DNA of 64,000 bases from Reclinomonas americana ATCC 50394. Its lineage: Eukaryota. The notes below the pieces were generated by a model. It searched no databases and was not told the origin of the DNA. It worked only from the letters and a program-made list of their open reading frames with translations. The DNA is taken from NCBI GenBank assembly GCA_048213135.1, contig PS015009.1, positions 248,001 through 312,000 of the forward strand, written 5' to 3'. The translations under genes and the position numbers were made by a program. Of this stretch, positions 37,501 to 46,987 are shown piece by piece; positions within the stretch are counted from its first letter, which is position 1, and every line of letters begins with the position of its first letter.

Positions 37501-39166
37501 TAACAGTTGGGGTACCACTGTTGCCCGTACCTGTACATCCCAGAGCACTTACCACAGAGGTTAGTGCATAAGTTGTAGTTACAGCAGGCGTAACAGGAAT
37601 GTTTGCACCACTTACATAGTTGCTCACAACAATAGGAGCACCTGCGGGAGCAGTAGGTGTAATGGTAACTGTGTAAGGAGACAAGCCACCGGTAATATCC
37701 ACTTTCAGGTTAGCAGTGCTGCCTGTACATGTGGTTGGAGGTGCACCGGGCACCACTGTTGTATACAATACATCATCGATACCGATTACATCCGAATTCG
37801 CACCGGCTCCGCCCCCGTTCTCAACGAAGTAGCGGAATGCCAGGCGTCCTGAAACTCCCGCTGCGGGCAGGCCAGACAGGGTAATGGTAAATTTGGTCCA
37901 TGCCGTGGGATAACCTGTAGAAGTATAAGTCGGGTTGATGTCCAGCAGCAATACGGTGAAGTCACCAACACTGGTATTGGAAGCACCCGCATTCACACTG
38001 GCGCCATTGGTACTCATACGTACCTGCAGCCGGTCGGGGAATGTACCGTTAGTGGTACGGGTATAGAAGCTGAATACATCACCATTCTTCAAGGTGACAT
38101 TCGGTGCGAACAACCAGTTACTGATGGTGCCTACTCCTGTAGTTGTGGTATTGCTCCAGAGTGCAGAGATATAAGAATTACCAGCTCCGCTGTTGGCCGG
38201 GAAATTAGCAGCGTTTCCCTGTATCCAGTTCTGCGGACCGAGCGGGCTGCTGAGGTTTTGCTGTGCCCAGCCGGCAGGAAGCGGAATGGCCGTGTTGAAG
38301 TTTTCGCTGATCAGTGTAGCCGGTACCGGGGGCAGCGTCACCTGGCTCAGCACAGCAGTTGAACTCCCAACACACGGGCTGGCCGTATAATCAACTGTAA
38401 AAGGCAGATCAACCGCAACATTCGACGGGGCTGCCGGCCCTTGTCCGCCGTCAACCATGGCTGCCCATGCTCCACCGGCAAGACTCTGGATGGCGTTATA
38501 CCCGGGCAGTGTTCTTACCCCTGCAGGTGAACTGAGCGGTGTAAAATTGGAAGCCTGTGATGTGCCGATACGGTATTCCAGCCAATAAACACCGGGGCCT
38601 AACGCAACCGTTATATTGGCTTCAATCTTCCACACCTTTCTTGTAGTACCCGGGGCGGAGACCGGCGCAACAACCGTGTTGAATATCCGGTATACACCGG
38701 CATCGGATGATGCAGTAAAACGGTTAGTGGTAAGATCGCCAAATACAATGGTAGTTGGACCAGCCAGGGGACTTCCCTTGTGTATCCTGATCCTTACATC
38801 TGTATAAGGCGATGCAGTTCCCGTATAACCGGTGGAGTAACCATACACGGTGATCTTTGAAATGTTCCAGATCTCCGTTCCCGGAATAGTGAAATCATCA
38901 GCGACAGAGTTGTTACTGGCAACCTGCGCTCCAACCCCGGCAGTGGTATTGGCAATAGTGGTATTGCCCGTGGGGTTCTGGCACTCACTCCAGGTGTAAC
39001 CTGCAGGAGCCACCGTCCCGTTGGCTGCAGTTGTTCCCGTACTCAGCGTACCATTGATATAGGGCTGAGCATTCATCTTCATGACCGAAAGTGCCAAAAA
39101 CATGAACACAGGGAACACTTTACCAAAGAACAGCCTCAACTTAAATAGTGTAGTTGTTTTTTGCAT
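34505..39166 (-). CDS. large T9SS-secreted adhesin-like protein (cleaved-adhesin/choice-of-anchor J domain, two proprotein-convertase P-like domains, Ig-like repeats)
   Basis: Signal peptide; NWL..P...PDRLQVRMST...RLAFRYF..IGIDDV; two HTW..D...L.(S/A)P / NG.W...I.D...D.G.L blocks; YQWQ.S.DGG Ig repeats; IYPNP...GIYW C-terminal domain. Confidence 0.85.
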   Translation of the reverse strand: MQKTTTLFKLRLFFGKVFPVFMFLALSVMKMNAQPYINGTLSTGTTAANGTVAPAGYTWSECQNPTGNTTIANTTAGVGAQVASNNSVADDFTIPGTEIWNISKITVYGYSTGYTGTASPYTDVRIRIHKGSPLAGPTTIVFGDLTTNRFTASSDAGVYRIFNTVVAPVSAPGTTRKVWKIEANITVALGPGVYWLEYRIGTSQASNFTPLSSPAGVRTLPGYNAIQSLAGGAWAAMVDGGQGPAAPSNVAVDLPFTVDYTASPCVGSSTAVLSQVTLPPVPATLISENFNTAIPLPAGWAQQNLSSPLGPQNWIQGNAANFPANSGAGNSYISALWSNTTTTGVGTISNWLFAPNVTLKNGDVFSFYTRTTNGTFPDRLQVRMSTNGASVNAGASNTSVGDFTVLLLDINPTYTSTGYPTAWTKFTITLSGLPAAGVSGRLAFRYFVENGGGAGANSDVIGIDDVLYTTVVPGAPPTTCTGSTANLKVDITGGLSPYTVTITPTAPAGAPIVVSNYVSGANIPVTPAVTTTYALTSVVSALGCTGTGNSGTPTVTVSPVTTTPLRIIDDPTGPLCAGNPKLLTVAPGQGSVTFTAPPANILIPGTGSGSSTAPAPASIYPINLSVSGLPASGVSVKSVTLMGLSHTWMSDVNILLQSPTGQNVVIMADCGRSGDLANHTLTFDDAAPLNLNNTLGGTDPPASGTTWKPTNLVDYLFPASDPDNWPAPGPGVFGSQLPLSTFTGDFNGTWKMFITDDGAGDVGSLNGGFNIVFNLPPASLPAGYTFQWSPAAGLSSTTTNPVAASPMQTTTYQVLATEPNGCQTTAQITINVNQLPAVTAQPGNTTVCAGATATFTATGSGAGITYQWQQSIDGGTNWSSLSNGGLYSGVTTTTLTVGPVTPAMNGYRYRIVVSGTCPPSANSLAGILTVNPLPVVTISPAGPVCGGVAGINATQLTASSPTGGNFTWSPATGLYTDATGGNAYIAGTPTATVYAAPGANTTYTVSATNPTTGCIGTGTVTVNYTPGAPVVTPASATICLGGIQQLSIAPLASTFNSGIVNIAIPDNTANGISHTIPVSGLTPGSINNIAVTLNITHTWVGDLVINLKAPNNSILALDKYLTATGGSAVTTGMTNTVISSQGVNPLSSGTNPWTATFKPDAINGTIAGPTVQNPAGFVSNATGFPDLYSQPNGNWTLAIADGGALDVGTLVSWSITLSYGAAPLGVWTPATGLYTDPGGSTPYIAGTPVQTVYASPAVSTTYAVTVANGTCTSPVRTVPVTVNTPLSISGQPANVATCTNGIATFTTVVSGTAPSHHWQVSSDNGNTWTNIANGGVYSGATTGTLTITNPLLSMNNYLYRDSVSTAPCGSIISAIATLTVNPLPVVTLSASPYTRLFPGLTTTISSSITPNAAATYTWRRNGVVVPGANGASLYVDADGLGLYTLTVNDVNGCGSSSNSILISDSVNTKLFIYPNPNTGRFQVRYYSVNANTLVRGLTVYNAAGQRVLVQQNSITAPYARMDVDMSKFGKGIYWVELGDQNGNRLAVGRVVIQ

Positions 39167-39475
39167 AAAAAATGTTTTTGTGAAAAATGTAATTAAAAAT
39201 CCTGCTGCGAATTTTGCAGGCAGAACTGGCTAAAGTTAACTACTCTTACAGGTAAAAAAGCGAACGGTTTGTACGGAAAAAATTAATGAAATACAGACCA
39301 GTAAAGGGTTTCAAAGGACCAAGCTCCATTAGCTAATGATACAGTACCGTTGCCTCAATCAAGATATCCATTCGCTCAAATCAGGAAAAAATCCAGCCGG
39401 TAAAAATGTGTTGAAAAAAAATGAAAAAAAATTATAGATGCCGGGGAGGCATCCTTGTTTACACAGGAAAGAGGC

Positions 39476-40207
39476 TTATAAGAAAGGATAAATCACTTTT
39501 TCAAGAAACAAACCATGCGGCGGTACAGAGAAATCAGCTTTTGAGCAATCCTTCGCCTCTATAATGGCCCGGAATTGCTCCAGGTTTGTTTTACCCCGGC
39601 CCACATGCAGCATAGTGCCCACCAGTCCGCGTACCATTCCCCGCAGAAAGCGGTTGCCCTGTACACGGTAACACAAGGTATCCCCTTCCCGCGTCCACTC
39701 ACTTCGCATGATGTGGCAGTCGAAACTGTGCACCTGCGTATTGCGTTTAGAGAAACTGGTAAAGTCGCGGTACTCCGTCAGTAGGGCCGCCGCCTCATTC
39801 AACTGCTCCATGTTCAGGGCATATGGATAAAAGTAAGCCCTGTCTTCCAGGAAAGGATCTTTATGGTCGTATATATAGTAGCCGTATTCGCGGCTGGTGG
39901 CATCAAAACGGCAATGCGCATCGTCTGCCACGGCAATGATCCGTTTTACCACAATACCGGCTGGCAATATAGCATTGAGGTGGTAACTGGCATCGGTGAT
40001 CACTTCACCTGTATCGAAATGGAAAAAATTCTGCAGGGCATGTACGCCGGCATCGGTACGCGAGGAGCCGGTAAGTTCTATATCTTTCCTGTAATAGATC
40101 TTCATGGCCCGCTCGATTTCCGATTGAATGGAATTCGCATTCTGCTGCACCTGGAAACCGGAATACCCGGCGCCTTTATAGGCTACTTCAATAAAATAAC
40201 GGGGCAT
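39476..40207 (-). CDS. truA: tRNA pseudouridine(38-40) synthase
   Basis: MPRYFIEVAYKG..GFQ.Q, SRTDAGVHA, FLRGMVR; start corrected to 40207. Confidence 0.95.
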   Translation of the reverse strand: MPRYFIEVAYKGAGYSGFQVQQNANSIQSEIERAMKIYYRKDIELTGSSRTDAGVHALQNFFHFDTGEVITDASYHLNAILPAGIVVKRIIAVADDAHCRFDATSREYGYYIYDHKDPFLEDRAYFYPYALNMEQLNEAAALLTEYRDFTSFSKRNTQVHSFDCHIMRSEWTREGDTLCYRVQGNRFLRGMVRGLVGTMLHVGRGKTNLEQFRAIIEAKDCSKADFSVPPHGLFLEKVIYPFL

Positions 40208-40230
40208 AACCGGGTTTAGGTTGATAAAAG

Positions 40231-41376
40231 TTACAGCTTCGTGCCCAGCATGGCCCTGAAGCGGTTGATGAAATAAATGTCGGTCATCAGTGTTTCCAGG
40301 CCGGCAAAATTCTGCGGATCGGAAACATAAGGATAAGCTGCATCCAGTAACTGGTAACGGCTGCCGTCTTTCAGTAAGATCGCGGCCAGGTTCTTTACCT
40401 GTGCTGTACTGTAACACCGCAGCTTGAAGGCTTTCCTCGCTACTGCCACCATATCGTCTTCATCACTTTCCCCGATCAGTTTTTTACGCAGCAGAATGAA
40501 GTCATTGTCTGTGGCTACTTTGCCACAGTTCTTATTGGTAACGGCAGTAAGATCACTTTTCACCACGACCACGCCGGTGGGTTTCTTTTCCGCGGTCATG
40601 ACTGCTTCCGCAGGCATTACTTTCTGTACAGGTTTTTCTTCCGCTTCCGGCGTCACCGGCTCCAGTTTGCCAATAATGGTTTCCTCTTTCTCCTTAACCT
40701 GGCCGGCCGGTGGTATCACTATCCTGATGGTATCTGTTCTATCGGTATACACCAACTGCTCTCCTTCTGCTGTTGGCTGCTGCCCGAGTTTAACCACGGC
40801 TGGCCGGGCAGGCTCAGGAACGACAGGCGCCGTTTTCAGTTCCTGCTTTACGGGTTCGGCGGGCTTGTTCTCCACCGGTTTATTTTCAGCCGTAACGTCG
40901 CGTTGTTTAATGGTAGGATCATTCACTACAGAAGACAGCATATTGGCAAAGCCGTCTTCCTTATCTTCCTTATCCTCTTTTACAACGGCCCTGGGTTGGG
41001 GCTTGTCGCCGGAAAGCATGGTCAGTTCCATTGACTGCAGGTTGAACAATCCCCAGCCTTTGTCATTAAAATAACGGAGGCTGTAACCTGCATCCTTCTT
41101 TCCGATAGCAAGGGTTGTATGCTGTTCGGGCCATTCGTTCTTCGGAAAGCCGATCGCCAGGTTATAGCTGCCTTCCTCCAGTTTGGGTATGATCATATAC
41201 CCGGTGGAAGAGGAACTGAGCTGCCTGCCATCTTTCTCGATCTTTACATAAAAGGGCTGTTTGTTATCGGCCTGGATATAAATAAAGCGGCTCTGCTGTG
41301 CCCGGGTAAACAGCGCTGTAAACAACAGGAGGAAAAGCCCCCCCGCTTTCTTTGTTGGGTTGAGGTACTTGTTCAT
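40231..41376 (-). CDS. DUF4476 domain-containing secreted protein
   Basis: Signal peptide, FIYIQ..NKQPFYV, low-complexity linker, C-terminal CYSTAQVKNL...AYPYVSD..NF. Confidence 0.75.
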   Translation of the reverse strand: MNKYLNPTKKAGGLFLLLFTALFTRAQQSRFIYIQADNKQPFYVKIEKDGRQLSSSSTGYMIIPKLEEGSYNLAIGFPKNEWPEQHTTLAIGKKDAGYSLRYFNDKGWGLFNLQSMELTMLSGDKPQPRAVVKEDKEDKEDGFANMLSSVVNDPTIKQRDVTAENKPVENKPAEPVKQELKTAPVVPEPARPAVVKLGQQPTAEGEQLVYTDRTDTIRIVIPPAGQVKEKEETIIGKLEPVTPEAEEKPVQKVMPAEAVMTAEKKPTGVVVVKSDLTAVTNKNCGKVATDNDFILLRKKLIGESDEDDMVAVARKAFKLRCYSTAQVKNLAAILLKDGSRYQLLDAAYPYVSDPQNFAGLETLMTDIYFINRFRAMLGTKL

Positions 41377-41566
41377 AATATCAATGGAATGCCGACCTTG
41401 TTATGGTCAGCCCTGTCACAAAATTACATGGCCAGGGTGCTTTCTGCGGCGGTTTTAACAGTGCCGCGTTCAAAAATAGCTATTAAAACGCATGGATTAC
41501 CACTTATACAAAATTTGGTTTTGCTTTAACGGTACGCAACTTACATTTGCAGTCTAAATTTCATAT

Positions 41567-44017
41567 ATGAAGAAACTCGCCCTGGTACTTGCCCTGGCCG
41601 CAGGACCGCTTTTAACAATGGCCCAGCCCGGCACTGAGCCCAAAGACACTGCCTGGAAAAAGATTTTCAGGGGCAGCAGCCCGAAGATCAACGACCTGGT
41701 ACATACCAAACTGGATGTACGGTTCGACTACGACAAATCTTATCTCTATGGCAAAGCATGGATCACGCTGAAGCCGCATGCTTATACTACTGATTCCCTG
41801 CTGCTCGACGCCAAAGGAATGGAACTGAAAGAAGTATCCGTAGTGAAAGGCGCCGCCAAATCTGCACTGAAGTACAGTTACGATGGCTGGCAGGCCAATA
41901 TCAAACTCGATAAAAGCTACAAACCTGGCGAGGAGTACACGATCTATATCGATTATGTAAGTAAGCCCAACGAGTTGAAAGTAAAAGGCAGCGCGGCCAT
42001 CAACGATGCCAAAGGCCTGTACTTCATCAATCCTAAAGGCGAGGAAAAAGATAAGCCCACCCAGATATGGACACAGGGTGAAACCGAAGCCAGCAGCGCC
42101 TGGTTCCCTACCATTGACAAACCCAACCAGAAAACGACAGAAGAAATATACATGACCGTGCCGGCGAAATATGTAACGCTGAGCAATGGGCTGCTCATCA
42201 GCCAGAAAAAGAATACCGACGGCACCCGTACGGATTACTGGAAGATGGACCTGCCGCATGCACCTTACCTGTTCTTCATGGGCGTAGGTGATTACTCCAT
42301 TATCAAAGACAGCTACAAAGGCAAGGAGGTAAGTTATTATGTAGAGAAAGAATATGCTCCTGTAGCAAGGGCCATTTTCGGCCACACCCCTGAAATGATC
42401 AAGTTCTTCTCGGAAAGGCTGGGCGTGGAATATCCCTGGCAGAAATATGCGCAGATCGTGGGCCGCGACTATGTAAGCGGTGCCATGGAAAACACAACTG
42501 CCACCCTGCACCAGGAAAGCGCTTACCAGAATGCACGTGAACTGACCGACGGCATTGGCTGGGAAAGCACCATCGCCCACGAACTGTTTCACCAGTGGTT
42601 TGGCGACCTGGTTACTGCCGAAAGCTGGAGCCACATTACCGTAAATGAAAGTTTTGCCAACTACAGCGAAACCCTGTGGGATGAATACAAAAATGGTAAA
42701 GACGCCGGCGATGCACAAAACTTCAGCGACATGCAGGGTTACCTGCAAGGCCCTGGCAACGCGGCCAAAGACCTGGTTCGTTTTTATTATAATGATAAAG
42801 AAGACGTATTTGACGGTGTGAGCTACAACAAGGGCGGACGTATCCTGCACATGCTGCGTAACTATGTTGGCGACGACGCTTTCTTCAAATCACTCAACAA
42901 CTATCTTACCACCAATAAATTCAAAACCGGTGAAGCAGGACAACTGCGCCTGGCTTTTGAAGAGGTAACCGGCCAGGACCTGAACTGGTACTGGAATCAG
43001 TGGTACTATGGCAGCGGCCACCCTGAACTGAAGATCGATTATACCTATGACGATGCTGCAGGCAAAGCCACTGTTACTATTGAACAGACTCAAAAATCCG
43101 GCAAGGTTTTCCGCCTGCCCATCGCGATCGACGTATATAACGGCGCAGCCAAAACAAGGCATAAAGTATGGATCGAGAATAAAACAGAGACTTTCACTTT
43201 CGACTATACGGCCCGTCCTACGCTGATCAATGTGGATGGCGACAAGATCCTGCTGTGCACCAAAAAGGACAATAAAACAGCCGACAATTTTGTACAGCAG
43301 TACAAAGTAGCCCCGCTGTATATGGACAGGAAAGAAGCGCTGGATTATTTCGACAAGAACAAAATGCCGGAACTGGCCCTGGGTCTGAAAGATAAGTATG
43401 CCGCCCTGCGCCGCAGCACCATCAACAGGCTGGCGGCTGCCGCAGCTAAAAGTTCTTTTGATCCCTCTGTAACCAAAATGGTAGAAGAGATCGCCGCTAC
43501 AGAAAAAGACAGGCGTACCAAAGCCGCCGCTATCAGTTACCTGGGCAAGACCAAGGAAGCCAAATACCAGTCGGTGTTTGAAAAGAACCTGAACGACAGC
43601 AGCTATTCCGTTGCGGGTGCAGCGCTGAAAGGTTACATGACATTACAGCCTTCCAAATCATATGAACTGGCGAAAAAATTCAGCAATGATGCCAAAGGCG
43701 ACCTGGGTGATGTGGTTACACAGGTGCTGATGGAACAAGGCACTGAAGCCGACTTTGATCTGCTGCTGAAAAAATACGACGACCTGCCGCTGAGCCAGGA
43801 AAAAGTAGATGCATCCGAAGCTTTTACCAATTACCTGCAGAAGATACAGGACGTTTCCAAAGTGAAAAAAGGTATCGACGCCGTTATCAAATTCAGGAAC
43901 GCGATCCCCGAACAATTCAGGGGCTTTACGGATCCTGCAATGAAGCCTGCGCTTGAGAAATTAGGCAAGGCAAAAGGCAAAGAGATTGAGGATTATATTA
44001 CCAATGGGTTGAAGTAA
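41567..44017 (+). CDS. M1 family aminopeptidase
   Basis: GAMEN, HELFHQWFG...NESFA zinc motif, YNKG, helical C-terminus; upstream TACATTTG promoter at 41542. Confidence 0.93.
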   Translation: MKKLALVLALAAGPLLTMAQPGTEPKDTAWKKIFRGSSPKINDLVHTKLDVRFDYDKSYLYGKAWITLKPHAYTTDSLLLDAKGMELKEVSVVKGAAKSALKYSYDGWQANIKLDKSYKPGEEYTIYIDYVSKPNELKVKGSAAINDAKGLYFINPKGEEKDKPTQIWTQGETEASSAWFPTIDKPNQKTTEEIYMTVPAKYVTLSNGLLISQKKNTDGTRTDYWKMDLPHAPYLFFMGVGDYSIIKDSYKGKEVSYYVEKEYAPVARAIFGHTPEMIKFFSERLGVEYPWQKYAQIVGRDYVSGAMENTTATLHQESAYQNARELTDGIGWESTIAHELFHQWFGDLVTAESWSHITVNESFANYSETLWDEYKNGKDAGDAQNFSDMQGYLQGPGNAAKDLVRFYYNDKEDVFDGVSYNKGGRILHMLRNYVGDDAFFKSLNNYLTTNKFKTGEAGQLRLAFEEVTGQDLNWYWNQWYYGSGHPELKIDYTYDDAAGKATVTIEQTQKSGKVFRLPIAIDVYNGAAKTRHKVWIENKTETFTFDYTARPTLINVDGDKILLCTKKDNKTADNFVQQYKVAPLYMDRKEALDYFDKNKMPELALGLKDKYAALRRSTINRLAAAAAKSSFDPSVTKMVEEIAATEKDRRTKAAAISYLGKTKEAKYQSVFEKNLNDSSYSVAGAALKGYMTLQPSKSYELAKKFSNDAKGDLGDVVTQVLMEQGTEADFDLLLKKYDDLPLSQEKVDASEAFTNYLQKIQDVSKVKKGIDAVIKFRNAIPEQFRGFTDPAMKPALEKLGKAKGKEIEDYITNGLK

Positions 44018-44040
44018 TTCACTCTGGGTTATCAATATTG

Positions 44041-44281
44041 AAAGAGCTCCGGAACAAAACCGGAGCTCTTTTTTATTGGAAGAGTTTGATTTAATTACGA
44101 ATTACCAATTACGAATGGTGCGGGTTGGGTGTCTCTTCAGTTATGCGGGATGTGATGGGTTGAGAGATGAGAAAGTATAGATACTAAAAAGACTCCCGGA
44201 TGTGGGGAGTCTTTTTTATTGGGAAGAGTTTGATTGAATTACGAATGATCAATTACGAATTACGAATGACGCGGGTTGGGT
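44041..44281. repeat. tandem duplicated terminator plus AATTACG-heptamer unit
   Basis: Two different hairpins (44041..44074, 44187..44217), each followed by a near-identical TTTTATTGG(G)AAGAGTTTGATT...AATTACGAAT...GCGGGTTGGGT. Confidence 0.8.
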
Positions 44282-44360
44282 TAGTCTGGATGATATGAAA
44301 GTTTATACTGGTCAAAGCAATTGGCACATTGGCATATTTGCACATTCGCACATTCACAAA

Positions 44361-45122
44361 CTACCAGCTTCCGCTCGATCCGCCGCCGCCAAAGCTGCCT
44401 CCGCCAAAACCACCAAAGCCGCCTGAACTGCCGCCGCCGCCACTGCTGCCTCCGCCGCCTGTCCACCAAATGGTAGGACCGGTATAACCGCGGTAGCCTC
44501 TGCGGCTCATAAATGTACCACCGCCTTTGCCCCCGCCGGTAACCGCCAGGAAGATGATGATAATAGCAATGATGAGTATGATCCTGCCCAGTGATGAGCC
44601 TTTACCGCTTTTATGATAACCCGGAGGTGCTTTATAAACACCTTTGATCGCGTTGATAATGGCGTCTACGCCTTCATCGATACCATCGTAATAATCGTTC
44701 CCTTTAAAGCGGGGCACGATGATACCCTGTATAATCTCGTTACATACGGCATCCGGCAAAGCGCCTTCAAGGCCATAACCCGGTGCAATACTGAGCTTCT
44801 TGTCGTTCTTGGCGATGAGCAGCACCACGCCGTTGTTGTTCTTTTTATCACCCACGCCCCATTTGCGGCCGAGTTCCGTGGCAAAGTCGGTTACTTCTGT
44901 GCCATCAGTTGAAGGAACGATCACCACCACAATTTGTGAAGTGGTACTGTCGTCGAAAGTATACAGCTTACGTTCCAGCGCCTGCTGCTGGTCGATGGTG
45001 AGGGTATTGGTATAGTCATTCACCAGTTTCTGCGGCTCGGGTTTGGCAGGAATATCCTGCGCCCCGGCACGGGAAACGGTGAACAGCAAAAGAAGAAAAA
45101 ATATGTTCCTGATGGATTTCAT
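44361..45122 (-). CDS. TPM domain-containing protein with Gly-rich tail
   Basis: VNDYT..L, WGVG.K..NNGV, GYGLEGALPD, TM, GGFGGGSFGGGG.SGSW. Confidence 0.93.
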   Translation of the reverse strand: MKSIRNIFFLLLLFTVSRAGAQDIPAKPEPQKLVNDYTNTLTIDQQQALERKLYTFDDSTTSQIVVVIVPSTDGTEVTDFATELGRKWGVGDKKNNNGVVLLIAKNDKKLSIAPGYGLEGALPDAVCNEIIQGIIVPRFKGNDYYDGIDEGVDAIINAIKGVYKAPPGYHKSGKGSSLGRIILIIAIIIIFLAVTGGGKGGGTFMSRRGYRGYTGPTIWWTGGGGSSGGGGSSGGFGGFGGGSFGGGGSSGSW

Positions 45123-45136
45123 TTCAACCGTTGGGT

Positions 45137-45598
45137 TTATTTACCGAAGACAATATCGTCCGGTAACTCATTCTTATCTTCTGTAGGTATGTAAGGAAAT
45201 TTTTCTTTGAGCGTCTGCCCTACCTGGTAAATGCATTGCACGATCCCTTCGCAGATATCATCGCCGTAAAAGCTGCTGATCATCAGTTTCACTGCTTTGT
45301 CCCAGTACTCAGCGCCGGTGGCTTTATAAATACCTTCGTCACCAAACAGGGCCACTTCGTGGTGTTTGGTAGCCACATACAACAGCACGCCATTGCGATG
45401 ATCGGTCTCCTGCATTTTCAGGTTGTAAAAAACTTCCGCGGCCCTGTCTACGGGGTTCACCATGGCATTCTTACTTTCCACGAACACCCTGATCTCCCCG
45501 CTGGTCTGTTTTTCACAGGAGCGGATGGCCGCAACGATTCGTTCCTGCTGTTCAGGTGTGAAGAATGGTTTCTTTTTAAAAAATGGGAACAGGTTCAT
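45137..45598 (-). CDS. TPM domain-containing protein
   Basis: EKQTSGEIRV, NGVLLY, GDEGI, NELPD. Confidence 0.9.
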   Translation of the reverse strand: MNLFPFFKKKPFFTPEQQERIVAAIRSCEKQTSGEIRVFVESKNAMVNPVDRAAEVFYNLKMQETDHRNGVLLYVATKHHEVALFGDEGIYKATGAEYWDKAVKLMISSFYGDDICEGIVQCIYQVGQTLKEKFPYIPTEDKNELPDDIVFGK

Positions 45599-46188
45599 CA
45601 GAATTTGATTTCAGTTGCTTTATCTGTGCCCGCGTCGGCGGTGAAGCCGTCTTTCGGGGAAAAACCGAATAACTTACTTACCAAACTGGTGGGAAAGCTT
45701 TTAACAGAGCTGTTGTAATCCTGTATAGCCGTGTTGAAATCTTTCCGGGCAAACTTGATCCTGCGCTCGGTGCCTTCCAGCTGCGTTTGCAGGCCTGAGA
45801 AAGCCGTCGTTCCTTTCAGTTCGGGGTATTTCTCCACGGTGATCATGAGGCGGTTGGCAGCGGAGGCCAGTTCATCCTGTGCCTGTGTTTGCCGGTTGAA
45901 CTGGTCGGCCGTTATCTCGCTGCCGGAAGTGTTTACCGACAGGGCTTTTGACCTCGCTTCCACGATCTTCTGCAAAGTAGTCTGTTCAAATTCAGCTCCG
46001 CCCTTTACCACGTTCACCAGGTTGGGTACCAGGTCGAGCCGGCGCTGGTAGGCGTTCTGTACTTCATTCCATTTCAGCTTTACCGACTCTTCCTTTTTTA
46101 CAAGGGAATTGTAGGTAACTATGAGATAGATGCCCAGCAATACCAGTACAGCGCCGGCAATATAACCGGAATATCTTTTTTTGTTCAT
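45598..46188 (-). CDS. lemA: LemA family protein (copy 2)
   Basis: YN.LV...W.EVQNAYQRR.DLVPNLV, EKYPELK, QLEGTE.RI...R, FP. Confidence 0.92.
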   Translation of the reverse strand: MNKKRYSGYIAGAVLVLLGIYLIVTYNSLVKKEESVKLKWNEVQNAYQRRLDLVPNLVNVVKGGAEFEQTTLQKIVEARSKALSVNTSGSEITADQFNRQTQAQDELASAANRLMITVEKYPELKGTTAFSGLQTQLEGTERRIKFARKDFNTAIQDYNSSVKSFPTSLVSKLFGFSPKDGFTADAGTDKATEIKF

Positions 46189-46199
46189 GAGCGCTGCGC

Positions 46200-46784
46200 T
46201 TAGAATTTAACTTCGGGAGCTTTTTCAGCACCTGCATCAGCTTTGAAACCTTCTTTGGGTTTGAAGCCGAACATGCCGCCGAAAATGTTCATAGGGAAGG
46301 AACGTACTTTAGTGTTGTACACATTCACTTCGTCGTTGAATATTTTACGGGAGTTCTTGATATTGTTCTCAATACCTTCCAGCTGGCCCTGCAGTTTGGT
46401 AAAGTTCTCCGTAGCCCTCAGTGTAGGATAGGCTTCCACGGTAGCGAGCAAACGGCTGAGTGAACCGCTGAGCTGGCCCTGTGCGGCCTGGAATTCGGCG
46501 ATCTTTTCAGGTGTCAGGTTATCCGCATTGATATTAACGCTGGTGGCTTTGGCACGGGCTTCAATCACATCCGTCAGTGTTTTTTGTTCAAAGTTGGCAG
46601 CGCCTTTCACGGTATTCACGAGGTTACCCACCAGGTCGGAGCGGTTCTGGTATTCGGCCTGCACGTTATTCCAGGCTTTTTTAACACTCTCGTCCTGTTT
46701 CACCAAACCATTGTACCCGTTGCATCCCAGGAACCCTACGATGACGATAATGGCAACTACAACTAATAAACCGATGCGTTTCAT
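46200..46784 (-). CDS. lemA: LemA family protein (copy 1)
   Basis: YNGLV...WNNVQAEYQNRSDLV.NLV.TVKG, EAYP.L.A, QLEGIEN. Confidence 0.92.
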   Translation of the reverse strand: MKRIGLLVVVAIIVIVGFLGCNGYNGLVKQDESVKKAWNNVQAEYQNRSDLVGNLVNTVKGAANFEQKTLTDVIEARAKATSVNINADNLTPEKIAEFQAAQGQLSGSLSRLLATVEAYPTLRATENFTKLQGQLEGIENNIKNSRKIFNDEVNVYNTKVRSFPMNIFGGMFGFKPKEGFKADAGAEKAPEVKF

Positions 46785-46987
46785 GATTATAAATTTTAAG
46801 AGTTAAGGCAATAAAAATAATATTTTAAATGAATTCAATGGATTTATTCTGTTTCCACGGAAAGGTAACCTTTAGGATATGTTAATACTGTTCCGCGATT
46901 ACGCAGACGTATACCTCCTGCCGATATTGCAATCCTGCATATGGCCGGTGGTTCCGGGGAGTTTCAAAGCAGAGTTGAAGTGGGGTC

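Noticed and set aside
40208..40417. N-terminal extension of truA (likewise ORF-track extensions of rplI, pgk, the DapA-like gene and GH3)
   Set aside because: Extensions overlap neighbouring genes or repeats, and downstream ATGs match family starts.
41612..42850. 412-aa antisense ORF (also long antisense ORFs over sucA, gap and tyrosinase)
   Set aside because: Codon-bias shadows of well-supported genes, with no motifs.
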